Assembly (NCBI GenBank): GCA_976226885.1
Contig: OZ320313.1
Span: forward strand, 65,596,001 to 65,660,000
Length of the DNA: 64,000 nt
Reading direction: 5' to 3'
Source of the DNA: Iphione sp. A-MEVVRFRX5
Lineage: Eukaryota
The notes beneath the pieces are model-generated. The model was given only the letters and a program-made list of their open reading frames with translations, made no database searches and was not told the DNA's origin. Shown piece after piece: positions 10,201 through 25,000 of this stretch. Every line of letters begins with the position of its first letter. The first letter of the stretch is position 1. The position numbers and the translations under genes were made by a program.

Positions 10201-13200
10201 CATAAAGGTAGGCTTTTATGTTAAGAGAAAGGATAAACAATTTCTAAAATGCCCTTGTGTATATCGAATTACACGAGAATGGCTAGGATGCAAACAGTGC
10301 GAGACGGGAAGTTGTGAATAAAGACAACAATCTCCCAACTCGTGTACAAATAAAAGGATAAAGGTACATATTCAGATACAGATTCTTCAAACGAAAAAAG
10401 AAAAGCAACGCGTCGTTTCATTGCCCATATTATCACTAACAAAACTGCACTGCCCGACTCCATAATAACAGTTCGTTCCCACTTTGCTACCGGAAGATGG
10501 AAGGATGGGGTTTTTGGAGCGGTACATACATCAAACATTGCTGAACATTTTTCCTTTTCTCAATAGTTATGGATTCATCTGCACATCAATAGCATGATAG
10601 ACTGTAACTCTTCCCCGTCATAACATTAATAGGACGGCGCCAACACTGATTCGTTGTCATTCTTTTTTTTCTTTTTTTTTGTCAAGCGTCTCAAAACTGT
10701 TCAACAGCCTTCGGTTCATCACTTGCTTCACTGGTGAGTGCTCAAAATGTTATTTCACGGCCCAGCAACCGGTCATGAATGGCGAGTGGCCGCTACACCT
10801 CCAACCGGGCTGATTTGATTCGGTCCCACTGCCTCAACGACACCAGTTAAAAGAGGCGACGGGCGATTCTAAAGGCTGGCGAGCGAGTTGCACCATGTAA
10901 GGTCCGCCCTCCAGGTGAGCTCTTAAGTCAGCAGCAACCAGTCCCCAACCGGTTTAGCACACGGTTAAGTAGCCCGGGCTGAGACGTACGTACAATAGTC
11001 CAGCAGGTTATTGCCGAGAGGGCTTGCGTTCCTTTTCATTGATTCTGTATAATCATGTAGACCGAGACATATTAGCTCAAGTTAAGGGACTCCTATGCGA
11101 GCCGCGTGTAACTGCCAGATGGTAAGCAGGAGGTAAAAGTACACCCCAAAATCAAAGGGTGAAGTTTTAATCAAGTACACAGGTCAATGGGTTACCACAG
11201 AAATGCTACCTAGAAAGCTGTCCGCGGTCCTGAAAGCGCCAATACATTATAAGCTGTATCAACGGTGCAAAATGAGGATCTCTTGGTGTAAACGCATAAC
11301 ATCGAGTCAGCAACCCATGACTTGGGTCAAGCCTACCGCCACTCAAGAACGCGGGCAAACACAAAACCCTCAGTTCGTGGCCAGTGGCTTACGGATATAA
11401 TTTGCCGAGCACCTTGTATGACTGGGTCTCAGGTCGAATGGGGTGAAAGCTGACTGATGGCGCAGGCCATTGCCAATGGACAGCTAGATAGCAGCGAGCA
11501 TGTGGACACTCAGGTGTTTTTCATCTGCTCCGAACACCTGCGAGTTCGTTAAAGGGCAAACTAGCAGTCGGCAGCTCCCATTACTCGTAGGCGATCTGGA
11601 CGAAGGTCAATGACATATATATCAGCTCCTATAACCGTCAGGAATGATGCATCTGTGCGGGCAATCCCATACACTTTGAGTAAAGGGCACCCCAGAGATC
11701 TGACTGAAGTGGCTGCACGTTATTTACGCAAAGAAGAGCAGAGGCTTTGAAGTGTCACGGCTAGCTAGCTATCATTACTTCTACGCATAACCATCAGCTA
11801 CTAATGACCTGTTCGTCCTTTAATCGCCCTCCTACAGTCTCTGTGGCTGCCAAGCCTCAAACGGCAGGACCAGCTAACCTAGTAGCGGGGAGGGCTGTGC
11901 TAGTTAGGCAGCCAACCGTCCCACGCAAGTCCCAGCCGGCCGGTTCAACAGGCGCCTCGGTTCGTAGAGTCTACGGAAACAAACCACTGCGCACTACCTA
12001 TGATCTATCGGCCGCCCAAAACTTGGGGAATGCGCGGCTGAGGTAAGACTTTGCGTACGACGAAATCAGTCCACATCGCATGCTACATGCGTGCTGGCAT
12101 CGGTAAGCGGTGGTTAGGATACATATCGCCGGAGGGCGCCCCTGCATTACACGCACAGACGCAGCCGCGTCGGAGGCCCGTGGTTTTGACCGACTTGGAC
12201 AACCCTTTGCAGTCTCAGTGACCTAGGTGGGCCCATCGCAGACCTTGTGCCATTCCTTCTCAGATTCCAATTTTGTGGAATATTCCATAGAGGCAGATTG
12301 TCGAATTGAAAAGTCGTGCCTAGTTAATAAGGTGTTTTGTCTAACGAGGCTTCCTTAGCATATGGCTCTAGAGCTAGTTTTGGCCTATTAGAAGGAAACA
12401 AGACTGCCGTGGCTTAGGTGGGTGGATGTTTTGGTTTAATGTCAGACGGACTGCTCATGCCGTATTAAGTGGAATAATTCAATGATCTGCCACTTCCATT
12501 GATCATCATCAAGGCGAGCCAACGCTTTTTTTTCACCCTATTCACATCAACTAACATTCACAAATACAAAGACACGCAGTCTACAGACACGCAAAACCGG
12601 GCCCGACGCCACAATGGCCACGCATGACTACGACGATCTTCTGCATCTGCCCTGTCAATCATAAACAGTATCATTTTCTGCCCCTTTGGAGTTCACATTC
12701 TATCCAGCGCGATAGTTAGTTCTCACGGTAGTGAATACTGGAAAAACAGGAGAGGTCTTTGGAGGCCACACTCGGCAAATCATCGCCAGATGATTCTCTT
12801 CCCTCCAGCCTACTGGCTCCCTCGGAGGGATCATGAATCAACAGGCAAAACAATGGACTGTGGCTACGAGCGGACCTGGCAGACGTGGCTGGATTGAGGC
12901 GCATGCCCAATAACGGCACTCCTGGACAACTGAACAACTTCTGTGCAGTTTCAAAACGAGGGACATTCAAAAGGAGACGTAATCAATACTTAATCAAAAG
13001 ACCTTCTCTGGTTGCAGTTGGAGGCCCTTTCTTAATACTTAAGACAGGGAATCGGCTGCTTTCGTTTTCATTCACATGATACGTGAAGAAGTGGTTAAAT
13101 TCCTGAATTAAAAGAAGCGGAGATAAAGTAAAAATGTTTGATACTTTGGTCCATCGCGTTGAGCTCGATAACGATTTGGACTTTCCGAAATTTCACTTAA

Positions 13201-14153
13201 TTGATAAGAGTTAGAAGTACTAATGGCGTTTACGTTGTAATTGCTCCGCTTTGACTCGTCCAAAGTTAAAATGCACGCGTTTCCGCACTTCCTCACTACA
13301 AATGTTCCCAAGCGACCTCACACATAAACATAAACCATCAGCAGCATTATCATCTCCTTTCCCGCTGTATGGAAGACTTGGAAACAATTCAAGGTGGACC
13401 TCTTGGGAGTGTTTCGGTGAACATGGCAAAAACATGTCTCGAATCATGGAAAGGTCGAAGAGACTGTCCCATACAAACTTGCGGAGCCCCCAACCCCACC
13501 CCACCCCCATCCCTCAGCCTACGACGGTAAATACTGGGCCACAACCGGCCCCTCCTCGCCCGAGGAGGATACCAGTCAGGGTGGGCGACAAGAACCGCGT
13601 TTGTTACGGGTCGCCAACAAACCACCCTGCATATCCATCCCCACCCATAAATCCGGGCTCCCCTTCACGGGCTGGGGATATCCTCTTGCCGGCGTCCCTG
13701 TTTAAAATCTGCGGCGTTTCACCTGCGCAAATAAGCCAAGGATCCGTGCACCCTCTGTCCTATGCCTTCCGGCCATTGGTACTAGAAATAGGCTAAGATT
13801 TACGGCGAAGAAATGGAAGCAAACAAAAATTTTAAGCGATTCTAGTTAAGCAATGCACTTCATTCTTTATACTCGCTGTTATGGATTATTTAAAGCAGTC
13901 ATCCGATAACACTGGAAAGATTTGCTAGGTGGAAGTAATGCAATCATAACGGTGTTAAAAGAAAATACGTGGAAACTGCGCTACGCCGTCATTCTTTAAC
14001 AATAACAGTAATCTCCGGTTAATACCTCATCCAATTATTTCTGAACAGTTAGGATATTGTGAATATAATACATTAGAAGTTGGTTCTAGCAGTCACGTAG
14101 GTTACAAGAACATGTCTATAGGTATCGTAAGGAATGCAGCGGGGGATACTTAC

Positions 14154-14297
14154 CGCGGGTACTAGCAACCTCTTGACCTCCTCCACCGCGCGCTTCATCT
14201 TGATGTCGGCACGGTTCCGTGTGTCTTCTACTGTGATCAGAACGTGCAGGTCCTCGTTCAAGTGCTCCCAGTTGGGTTTGCCCCTATTTATCTCCTC
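14154..14297 (-). CDS. QKI: QKI coding exon 4 (C-terminal half of KH domain)
   Basis: TGTAG| [48 protein letters not shown] |GTAAG. 144 nt, phase 0-0. Confidence 0.98.
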
Positions 14298-17200
14298 CTA
14301 CAAACAGACCAACACAAAATAGAATTTTTAAAAATGCCGTTTGCTTTGGAATCAGTCGGATGGCATTGGACAGGCTTCTAACCAAAACGGGAAGGCAATA
14401 CAACATTTCGTTAAACACAAGCGCATGTACTTCAAACAGCTCTTCTGGACAGCACTGACAGCTTCTGCGGACGTTCATTTACCAGTTATAACGTTTGACA
14501 TTTACACGCAATACTTCCCTTGAAAACTACTAATGAAAGCCTATCTAAACCGAATAAAACAGCAACATGGTTTTCCAAGTGGACTCATGACCCAAAAAAA
14601 AACGATGGCTGCGCAGAGTGGATGGGGGAGACGTCCCTAGGTACCTCAGGAACAACTCCTCCCGTGTGAAGGCATTGGAATGATAGGACCACAAAACGGG
14701 AAGCCGGCAGTGACATTTTGCAGGGTAGGGAGAGGATGTATTTTTTCAGCTGTTAGATAACGGGCCGCTGCGCAGCAAACCGAGACGATTCGAACAGCTT
14801 GTTAGGTGCACGCAATGAAGTGTGTCTTGAAATGTTTGTGACTGGCGCGCTAGAGAGGAGGCCCCGACTGCCAGCGCCGCGGTCAATAAATGCTTTTCGT
14901 ACCTCACCACACAAAAGCTATGCACATGAAAGCCGCTTTCATGTTCGCTTGGCCGCGGGGTGGGGTGGTGATTGGCATCCGGTCGGGCGTGACGTGCACT
15001 GCATGGCATTTGACGAGTGGGGAGATCGTACGAGGATGACGAGCGCTTTCACGGCGCCTGCTGTGTATGGAGACAAGGCTGTCAACAACAGGGTCAATCA
15101 GGGATGGACCAATGCCGGGGCACAGATTCACCACGAATATGTCCGCCTCCCGTCTCCTGCAACAAGTCATTAGTAACTTCACTGACAATGAGATGACAGC
15201 TCGAATAACCCATCCCGGTGGAGAACATCTCACGTAAGGCGCGGGAGTGCTCCCCAATGCCGTTTAGCTGCTTCGATTATTGTTGTAATACAAACAGCAG
15301 TACACCGCGATGCCATAAAGCCGTCCAAATTGTGAGTCAAATCCCGCCAGGGAAGCTGTGACACACCGCGTCCGTTTCTGTGGGTGATCGTCCGTCGGCC
15401 TCGATGCGAGCAAGAACCGCTCCTACTCGCTCAGCCCACCCCAGCTCGACGAGCCTTTTTTTTGTTCGGCGCCGCCACCGCCGCCGCCGTCGCCGACAAT
15501 CATCATCAATATAGGACCAATTAAGCGTTAATAGCGGTGGCAAACGAACGGCCGTCATAGTTGCACTGCAGCGCCCAGGTCATCAGCAGCGTGCTACAGG
15601 AGGCATGCCAGACGGCCAAATGCATGGCGCCAAACAACATTGGCGGCTGTACTTGCCCTGAATCTTTGGAGACGGGCGGGAGTTGAAAGAGCAGCTGTAC
15701 ACGCGTTGCACAGCCGCGTGCCCTTCCGCCCCAAATCATGCCGACTACTCCGTTTCCTTTTATGTGGAGCCAGATCGTCCTACACCGCTAGATGATCCCT
15801 TCCCTTTGAATCTTCCCATATCTCGGCACCCCCACCCCCGAGGGCCTCCAAGTGATACGTGCATGTACCCGTGCCCACTGTCGCTGGACCAACGGCCAAC
15901 TAGCAGCCAAGTACTGCATTGTATTATCGACCCTGCGTGTGTATTCCATTATACAGACATTAAGAGGATCCGAATTAGGAGGAGGAGGAATGCCTCCTGC
16001 ATTTCCCGTTTTATGTGATAAGACTCCTGGGGTAAAAACACGCACATGGTATTAAGGGGTCCTGAGGCAGTCTATTTCCGCCAGCCTCCGCACACTTTTC
16101 GACGACGAGTGATAGGTACGGGCGAGGTGAACGTTTGACTGACCCATTACGAGTCGGTGGCATGTCACACTCCGATTAGGATCGTGCGGATCGCGGGGCG
16201 TATTACACACTCAACCAGCACAAATCAACCTCTCTAACACCTCACGGGGCTAAGGACCTAGCTAGCGGCAGTGGAATCACGGAGAGCCGTCAATGGCATC
16301 TTTCCAGTCGCTCATAGCCCTAACAAGGTCGACTGAATGAGGAGGCGAACGTTTAGCCAGCCCCCAGGGGAAATTCCATGCCAACGTGCAGCCCACGTCT
16401 GGTGTTTAACAAAAGATGATCGCTGCTTTATGAAGCAAGTCCTGCTCCCTCATACATGTACACCCAGAGCAAGAGCTGACACTTAGCTATCAACAATTTG
16501 ATCATCAGAAATACAAACACATTGGACGGGACAGGAACGATTCGATCGCCCAACTGTAGGAGGATAGTGTTTGTGAAAGGCACGGTGAAGAGGACAACAT
16601 TCTCATCAGTGTGGTGGCGGTACATGAGAATAGAGCAAGGTGGGACCCATGGACAATCTGTCGCGCTCTTGGTCATGAATCTGGTGCCTGAAGCAGAGGG
16701 CAACGGGGGGCTTCTGATCTTCGCTGAGTAGAGCACCGGCCTGTGTAAGCGTCCATTAGCAACTCGGACGTCACTAGGATGGCGGGTCAGCCGCCGTGCG
16801 AGATGGCTTCCATAATGCACAACTCGGGGGCGGGGGGCGTTAGCCTCCTCCGGGCTGCTTCCGTTAATCTTATCCGTTCCTTATGGGGCGGCGGGATGAG
16901 GGCTAAAATGGGGAGTGGGGTTGGGGGGGGGGGGGTCGTGCTAGCAGATTTTAAAGACGTGGTGCGCTTGTCGCTACTACTTCCCCTCCCGACGGACTGC
17001 AAACTCATACTTTATGTAACAATACTGTAGGAGGAGACGCGAGATTGATGGCCACTGACATCGCATCCCATATACGGATTTATTAAACGCAAACAGATCG
17101 CTGCACAATATACTGACGGCCCTAGACGTATCCATGTCTACTTTGTATAACGCGTGTACTCCTCTAAACGCCCGGCTCGAAGTTGGGTGTATGCGGCGGG

Positions 17201-20200
17201 GGGGGGGGGATATATATAGTAGTCATCTCGCTAGAGCAGTACTGCTGGGTGCAAGGTTATGACCTTTTCCAGCCAGTCTATATTCATCTCAGGTCTGCGT
17301 AACAGCTTTTCCAACTAAGTGCAATGGGGAGATGTGATGAATGCTAAAGGAGGTAGATAGGTTAGCGTCATGACGCTATCGCCCTGCCTGTCCGGACCCA
17401 GTCCTGATTCCAACGCCTCGATCTACCATCACCTGGCGCGGTCCCTTTGAAGACAGCCTGCCGGGCAGCCCCTAAGGGTCATATGCCGCGGACTTCAAAA
17501 GGCGAAGGCTTCTCTGCCAAGCTCCCCTTGATAATGGTGGCTACCAGCACCTGGCGTCAGTTTCAAACTGCCTCCAGTAGAGTAAATGATGCACTGACGA
17601 GAAGTGCTCATTTACATGGACGAAAGTAAAAATTAAATAGATAAATGAAATATTTCAAACTGTTGAAAAAGAGTACACCTGGGTTTTCAAAAGGCATCGG
17701 TTTCATAATCTGCAACTCGTTAGCAAACCACCTCCCAACACCCGAGACTTTTACAATAGTTTATTCAGGATCTTCAAGGGGATGTGTCAAATGTGTTATT
17801 CTTATTGTAAATGCGCTTACATCACAATCGTAAATCTCTTAAGAGGAAGAGCCTTCCGGAGGGGACAGTTAGTGGACAGGCCGCTGGTTGCTCGGCTATT
17901 ATTGCAGTAATGTTACAGCAGGGCGACTTTCTTCGAGCCGACGCTCATTTCAGTTGCTGTGCTGGAATTCTCGCGATTTACGCATGATTACGCAGCGGCC
18001 CTGTTTGGTTGACATGGCAACTGTAGTGCGGTGACATAATGTCACTGTGGACATTTCGCTCAACAATAGGCTGGTCTGCGTGGGGGGAGGGGTGTTGTGG
18101 CTTTTGTGTCATCCAGCTATGGACGAATTACCCTCATCAAGTCGCTCGGCAGCATCCAAAGCCACGCTCGGGTTTACGTTCCGCTCCACCACGCCCCGTC
18201 CCAACCTCCATCCACCGATCTGAGCTCAAAGCTTTCAAGGCAAAATAATTACTTTTTGGTGGGCGTACAACAGCGACTATGGCTACCAATTAGGCGGCGT
18301 TGTGCGCTGAACGTCCACTCCAATGGGCGTCAGAGCCGGCCGGCCATTGGCTTGAGGTAATAAGCGTTACATGGGCTCTCCCTGGACACTAACCCCATCA
18401 CGAGCTACGCTGATGGCAGCGCTGAGAGGGGGGTCGGGTGGAGGTGGAGGTGGGATGAGGGTGGGAGGTTGTCTTATAAGAAGCGTGACACATTAATAGG
18501 CATGCTGACCTGCCAGGTGAGCTATCCCATCGAGCACCAGGCACGCCTGGTACTGTGCTCGAACCCTCGAGTTTCTATCTTTTGCTGGTGGCCCTGCTGC
18601 GCCGCTAGCCTGGGAAGCTGGTGAAGGGTGCGTCTAAGTAAGAGAGCCCTGGGGAGTGTTGATCCCGCTTGCATCATCCGGGCGGACGCGCTCGTATCCA
18701 CAATGGCCGCTATGCCATCCGAGGCTACGGCTAAAATTAACCCGTCAATAGGTGCGTAACGACCCCGGCGCCGCCCGCCGCTCCTCCCGGCGGAACTGGA
18801 TGATAAACGGCGGCATCGCGCCGACGACAGGCCGTCGAATCGCAGGTAAATAGATGATCTCGCGCCTCGACGACCGGCAGTAATCAGTGACCGACGGGGA
18901 CGGAGACATCTCATGCACGGATTCACTGCAACACGCCACTGGGGTGAGAAGCAGGCCCAAGCAATAATATGGAAAACTTGTTTCTAGGGCTGCGATGTCT
19001 ACAATTGTACAGTAGGTAACCACTGGTGTCCACACTGCACCTCCTCTATTTCAACAGCTTCGACTGAACGGTAGACCGCGCTCTCATACTGCCGCGTTTG
19101 TGGGAGTGGGGCCGGGGGATGGGGATGGTTCTGATGGGTTAAGAACAGTTTGACCGAAAGACCTTGGTCAAGAAAAGTATGGGCTGTCAGCACGAAGAGG
19201 AGCGACATCATTCTACTGATACGTTAAACGCTATTCACGAACCTTGGGGAAACTAACCATGTCCATGGCGATGGCAGCAAGATAAGTCACCCCTGCCATA
19301 ATAATTGACTTTTGTGTCACGGTAAACTGTCAGACAGGGTAGACTTCGCCTCGAACGCCGGACAACAAAGCAATTAAAGCACACTAACACTTTCGGTAGC
19401 ACCAACTGTGAGAAGAGGCAGTTTTGTGTGAAAAGAATTTTCCTTGTGCCAATAACAAAGGCGTGTAGTGAGACCCCACAAGGGAAACGGGTGTTTGTAG
19501 CTTTATCAGATTTCCGTGGATTGCTTCGCACACATGCAAGGATAGCAATAGGGAGTGTGGTCACTACTAGGTACTATTCAATCCACACTCTTCTAGCTTC
19601 TGGTCGATGCTACTTAAAGCTGCCGTTGGCTTCTGGTCTAGGTAGAAAGTGCGGTGCAGGCAACCGGGATTCCATGCATAATAACACGCCCCGCGAGGTC
19701 AGCTGCAAGCGCAAGCCTTGTCTGACAAGCTCTAAAGGTCTTGCCTGCCCCTTGGTGCTTCTATGTGACCATCTACGCGTTGGTGGTTAGAATACGGGTC
19801 CGGTAGGTGGCCTTCTGATCGAGGTCACTGTAGCCAATCAACAGCCTCTGGCAAGACGGTACTCAAGGGACGTCCCGTTTGGGCTGTGTACCCACTGGAA
19901 AGGGCCTCTACAGCCTATACTAATGCATGCATCATTATCTCATACTTTCTGCCGTGTTTCACGAATTTCATCGTTTTGTCTGCTAGTGGTCGATGGCGCC
20001 GCGGGTGCGCTTGGCACAGGTTTTCTTGTTGGTATTGGGTGTCCTTGACCCTCTTGACGGCAGGAATCTTGGCAACGACTTCTGAAAATAACGAACACTG
20101 TCTGGTATGTATCACATACCACTGATGAGGCCGCCTTCAAAATGCACTGAAATGCTTCTAGAAGCAAAAACTTGCACAATTCTGTTCGCAACTTCCTATG

Positions 20201-21939
20201 GCAATAATTGAAACTTCTGCGACAGGGCACCACCACCATAGTTACACTACCTATATAAAACGTTGCCTGAAAGTAGTCCGGCCATGGGAAGAGGTCTCAT
20301 AGATGTGAGATCTGTTCAAATTAAGTATGATAATGTGCTTACTCTCACATGTTTATGTTGATATTTTTCCAAATAACATACAATGGTATATGTTTTCTCT
20401 CATGAAAAACAAAACAAAAGAAAATACAGAAAAAAATTGTCAGTTTGGACTACTTTTCAGTTTGCACTGACACACACACAGTATCACTACACCAGGGCTA
20501 TTGGTCAGCTGTGTCCAGTCAAGCAGAACCAAGGGTTGTAAAATGCTTTCCCCATGCCTCTGTAAGGGTCAAAGTACATACTGCCATTGGCACACACACA
20601 CAGTATTTCCACTGGATGACACATCTAATAGTCTCACCTCTAGAAAACAACAAAGAGAGATGTACGCCGAAGGCACTTGTATTTTATAAAAAGGGTGACT
20701 ATTTCAATGTGCCTGCACATGATACTAACAGAAGCAAAGGCCTTTTTTCATGGACATTTCCTCGAGGCTACGACCCTAAGATTATGTGCAGATACCCAGC
20801 TTTACAACTCCTCCTCCATGGGAATGTGTGTTTCTGTTTACTTTTATCCGAAGACAACACAAAGGACGGTACCGGCTTCGTGCCCATGGCGTCGTCTAGC
20901 GTCTCCATCAGTGCTGGGCCATCAATGGCCGCAAAGTCAGTGAGCCATGAAAAGCGCCTGTCCCTGACGCCTGCGGGTGGCGAGAAAACCATCGAAGTGT
21001 GACGTATTATTTTCCTTCCATTACAAAAGCTATGGGTGTTTCAGTGTTTTTATTCATGCTTAAAGGGTATCAGGCCACCACCGACGGCGCTGTGAACATG
21101 AACACTGTCAGCATCCATTGCATAACGTCGAATCCCTGGCGGAGGGTAGGGGCGGGGGTGGGGGAGGTTGGTGCGCCACTCACCCATGTACGAGAGGGGC
21201 GTCACACTTGAGTGCCGCTGTACAGGTGTGCAGACACTGCATACCTATACAACGCAGGTAAATGTAGATGTATTAGACACCATGTCCGCGCTGCCCCTGT
21301 ACACACCTGTGGTGCCCCTGAGGGGTTCTGGCCCGAGGGAAGTGCCAGCACTAGGACACACCTTTCTATAGTTTATGTAGTTTGAGCATTTTATCACATT
21401 CAAATTCAATTTTTTCCCTACTTCCAGCCAACAGTTAGCTGAAAATCGACACTGTTCCTTATTCAAGATCGCGTTTAATAAATACAGTTTATACGGCCTT
21501 CCATATAAGCTAAATCATTCCGACTTATGATAGCCGTGAAAAAAAATGTCCGTCTATTTATGTACATGTACTCCATTCTCGCTAAAATTGACAGTAACTG
21601 AAGAGTACCCTAGGATCACGTGCTACTAACAGGTGCTCATGTGTCGTGCATGTAAAGCTAGAGCCCACTATTAAGTTGTTTGGTCCTGTCACATGGTTCT
21701 TTCGGGACATCTCGTGTTATAATGATGCCTGTGCAAGATTTATCTTTGGCAGCCGAGGTATGTACCGCAAAAAAACTCTTTCTGTACCGATACAGTAAAT
21801 AAAAAAAAACCACCCTACTGTAGAGATGATTACGGTATCCTGAAGGTGCTCCACCTACATGGTCAAGATGCAATATGTAAATCAAAGGTAAATACCGGAA
21901 TAATTATCTTTAAAGTATAGAGAGAAAATAGCTTCTTAC

Positions 21940-22056
21940 CTTTTTCTTGTCCCGCATTGAACCTTTGCCTCGTACCATGATTTTACATCCCGTGTCTTGT
22001 TCTAACTGTTTGGCCGTCATACCACGAGGTCCTAATATCCTGCCTACAAAATTAAA
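21940..22056 (-). CDS. QKI: QKI coding exon 3 (KH domain with GxxG loop)
   Basis: TTCCAG| [39 protein letters not shown] |GTAAG. 117 nt, phase 0-0, near-identical to STAR KH domains. Confidence 0.98.
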
Positions 22057-25000
22057 CTGGAAAAAGAGAAAAAGAAAAGTATGAGTACAACTCGCTGATA
22101 CGAAAATCACAGAGCTAGGTAAGATATGTATCGACTAATAACCCCCTGGGCGCTCGCAGATTAATAAGCTTAACTATGTGCTAATCAGACGTTACCATGA
22201 CATGGTACCGTACTTGAACATAACTTCTAATCTAACAACAGGACACCGGCAGGAAAATGGTGTTTACACATTTTCTTCGAACCGTTTGCTCACCGTACTG
22301 AATCAATTACGCCGAAATACCAAGATAAAACTTATTATCCCTCATGAAAAAGTATAGAAACGCAACGATGTATCGGAAAGATACTTTACACGAGTGCTTG
22401 TGCTTGGAGAGGGGAAAAAGGTACTCTCTGTAAGCCGATTTCTATTAAATACGATTATTTGTGCAATGAAAAGCCACAGCTTGCGTAATCCTCAAAAGAT
22501 GATTTCCTACACGAAATTCTAAAGACATCTCCTATAGTGCTAAAGTTATAGGACTGAGAAAATGTGCCAATATACAGCTATCCCTGACAATAGCACCACT
22601 AACCAAAATAAGGTGGGAAAAAAACGTAATTACACTTATCAAAACAGTCGGCATTACCTCATCCACATCATGCAAGACATCAAAAAGACAACGGTAATAA
22701 TATATTCCTCTACCTATAGAACGGGCGATGGCCGGCCGCTTTACTTCACATTCAGCATTGTGCTGCATGCGCGTTAATAGAAATGTCTTTTACCACATTC
22801 CTGGCGCCCGTGGGTACACATCACAACTTTTTTTTTACAGTTTTTCTCGTGAGGAACTTAAACATTTTTTCCTTCTTTTGGTTTTAGAGGCAACGTTTGC
22901 CTTGGCCTAGATGGTGCAAGACCAGCGGGGAAAGGATCCAAAAATGGCTACGTCACCCAGGGACGGGAGGACAAACTGCAGGGGGCTGTGCCTGTCACCA
23001 TGGATTAGATCAGCAACGCAAAAACAATCCCCATTCCCTCTACATCCACTCAGGGACGGACTCCGGGCGACCACCTGGAGGTAGTTAACACCCAGCCAAG
23101 GTGTCTCCAGTGGATCAAAAAGATCGTGTGCTCCAACGAAATACCTAAAATGTCTTGTGAATGGTTCGAGGCATTGCTGGACGCAACGGTCAGGTCGCTA
23201 CGGACCAACGGCGGCAAGGTGGTTTTTAACATAAGGTTTACCTGTTAACAAAGCAAGTAAAAAGATTCTTTTGTGCAAGTGTACCCGCGGGCAGATGGTT
23301 TACTCTTGCTGGCCTTCTTTTAAACTTAAAAAACGTAAACAAGCCCCCTGGGTAAAGCATAGGAGCAGACGGGGCATAAAGACAGGATTCGGCCAAAGAC
23401 AAAGACTCTACAGGTAGCTTGAAATAGCCGAGTTCTTGGTAAACAATCTATCGGACTGTGCCAAAGTAAGGTTTGTTGTTCCCTCTGTGCATATTTAACA
23501 GTGACTTGGTATGGTGTTGGAATGACGTACCACTTTATGCTGATTATACACAGGTGTGGTCAAGACGAGCACTCGATAGTAATGCCATCGTCTCAAGATG
23601 AAAAAGTCGCCACAATTACTCAACATCTACTTTGCATAACAATTCCACATGCCCCTTCTGCTGCACTAAATTCACGTCCCCTCAAAATCAATGAGGGTGT
23701 CAGTCGGCACCACTGCCAGCTGAGGCCTACTTGACAAAACGAGCAAATGCAGCCGAGTGAGGAGAAAGACTGTGTGGAATATTGCGTTGCAGGCTGCCCC
23801 GAGCTCCTCTCCTGCCACTCCACCCTTCTGTGCAGCTTAAAACCCGTCTCGAGAGTAGGGGTTTCATAATAACAATGGAGCAAGACGCACATGTCGACAC
23901 GGTAAAAGGCGACCGCTGTGCTTTGTGCCTTGGCTAGGCCTTGATCAGCGTAGGCCAATGGGCGCTCAGGGTCCCGCGGGGTTAGGTGCCTGCCAAGGTC
24001 TGAACACACGCCGGCACTCACTCTAGGCTCAAGACGGTGTTGGATATTTATGACTAACCTCAGCAACTGTCTCCTTGACGCGTACCTTGGGCGGTCATTG
24101 AGACAAGATTACTCGATAGCGGCATACAGGTGCGCGTCTCAGACCTTTCTTTAAACATAACCAACTGTCCCCTGCCATGCGAAGATCCTTTCCCAAGAGG
24201 CGCAGCCGCCTTAATGACTGAGCAACTCCAAAGACAATAAGACGCACGAGTCTGCTGCTTTCGTTACAGACGGTCCGATATGAATGGTTGACGACCCCGT
24301 AAGCAGTTTTTAGCCTGGCGAGAAGGGAATATTAAGCGGGATGCGAAGCAGCCGAGCATTATGATCAATGCGACAATCGAGCGCCGTTCGAGCGGCTCGG
24401 TAAATCACGTGGCAGACCCCCACCTACTCCATTCGTCCTCATCGACATCCCTTGTCGCCCCCCCCCAACCCCCCGCCAATTTACGCCAGCTCCCACTGCC
24501 CTGTCTCCCCATCACCACCAGGATCCAGTCGAAGCACAACTGTACCTCAATACGCTCGCCCTGGGCCTTTCGATGAACTCCTCAATGCTGCACCAGTTTT
24601 ATGAGGAAATTTCTTTGGGGGTAGCTGCGAGAAAGCCCTTCAAACTTCACCTCTCGCTCAGACCCTTAATCTAAGGGCAAATTTTCAAAAAGGCAATCAA
24701 AATAGGACACAACTCGGAGGCATTTTCATTACGGATGAAAGTGTCCGGAGCGGCAAGTAGGGGAATATTGACACTGGGCCTTTGTCAAAGCCGCCGCCGC
24801 GGCCGGTCGCGTGACACCGGCGCCGATATTGAGCAGGCAGCATGCAGAGCACCCGCTCATCGCGCAGGGCGGGTATCTCCAAAAGGAGCTGGCACAATCA
24901 TGGTGTCATTATGCAATATATAAGCTATTCAAATGGCTTCACCTGGGCTCTTCAGCCGACGGTGATGAGACTGGCCAGAAAATTATACATCCACAATGAG

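Noticed and set aside
13251-13796. 181-aa Pro-rich + strand ORF in intron 4
   Set aside because: The Pro richness comes from C-runs; there is no motif and it is antisense within a QKI intron.
20842-20970. Possible 129-nt cassette exon in intron 3 and the overlapping 185-aa + ORF
   Set aside because: The acceptor is plausible but the donor (AAA|GTAAAC) is weak. The phase-0 frame stops at 20908-20910 and there is no homology. At best a weak poison-exon candidate.
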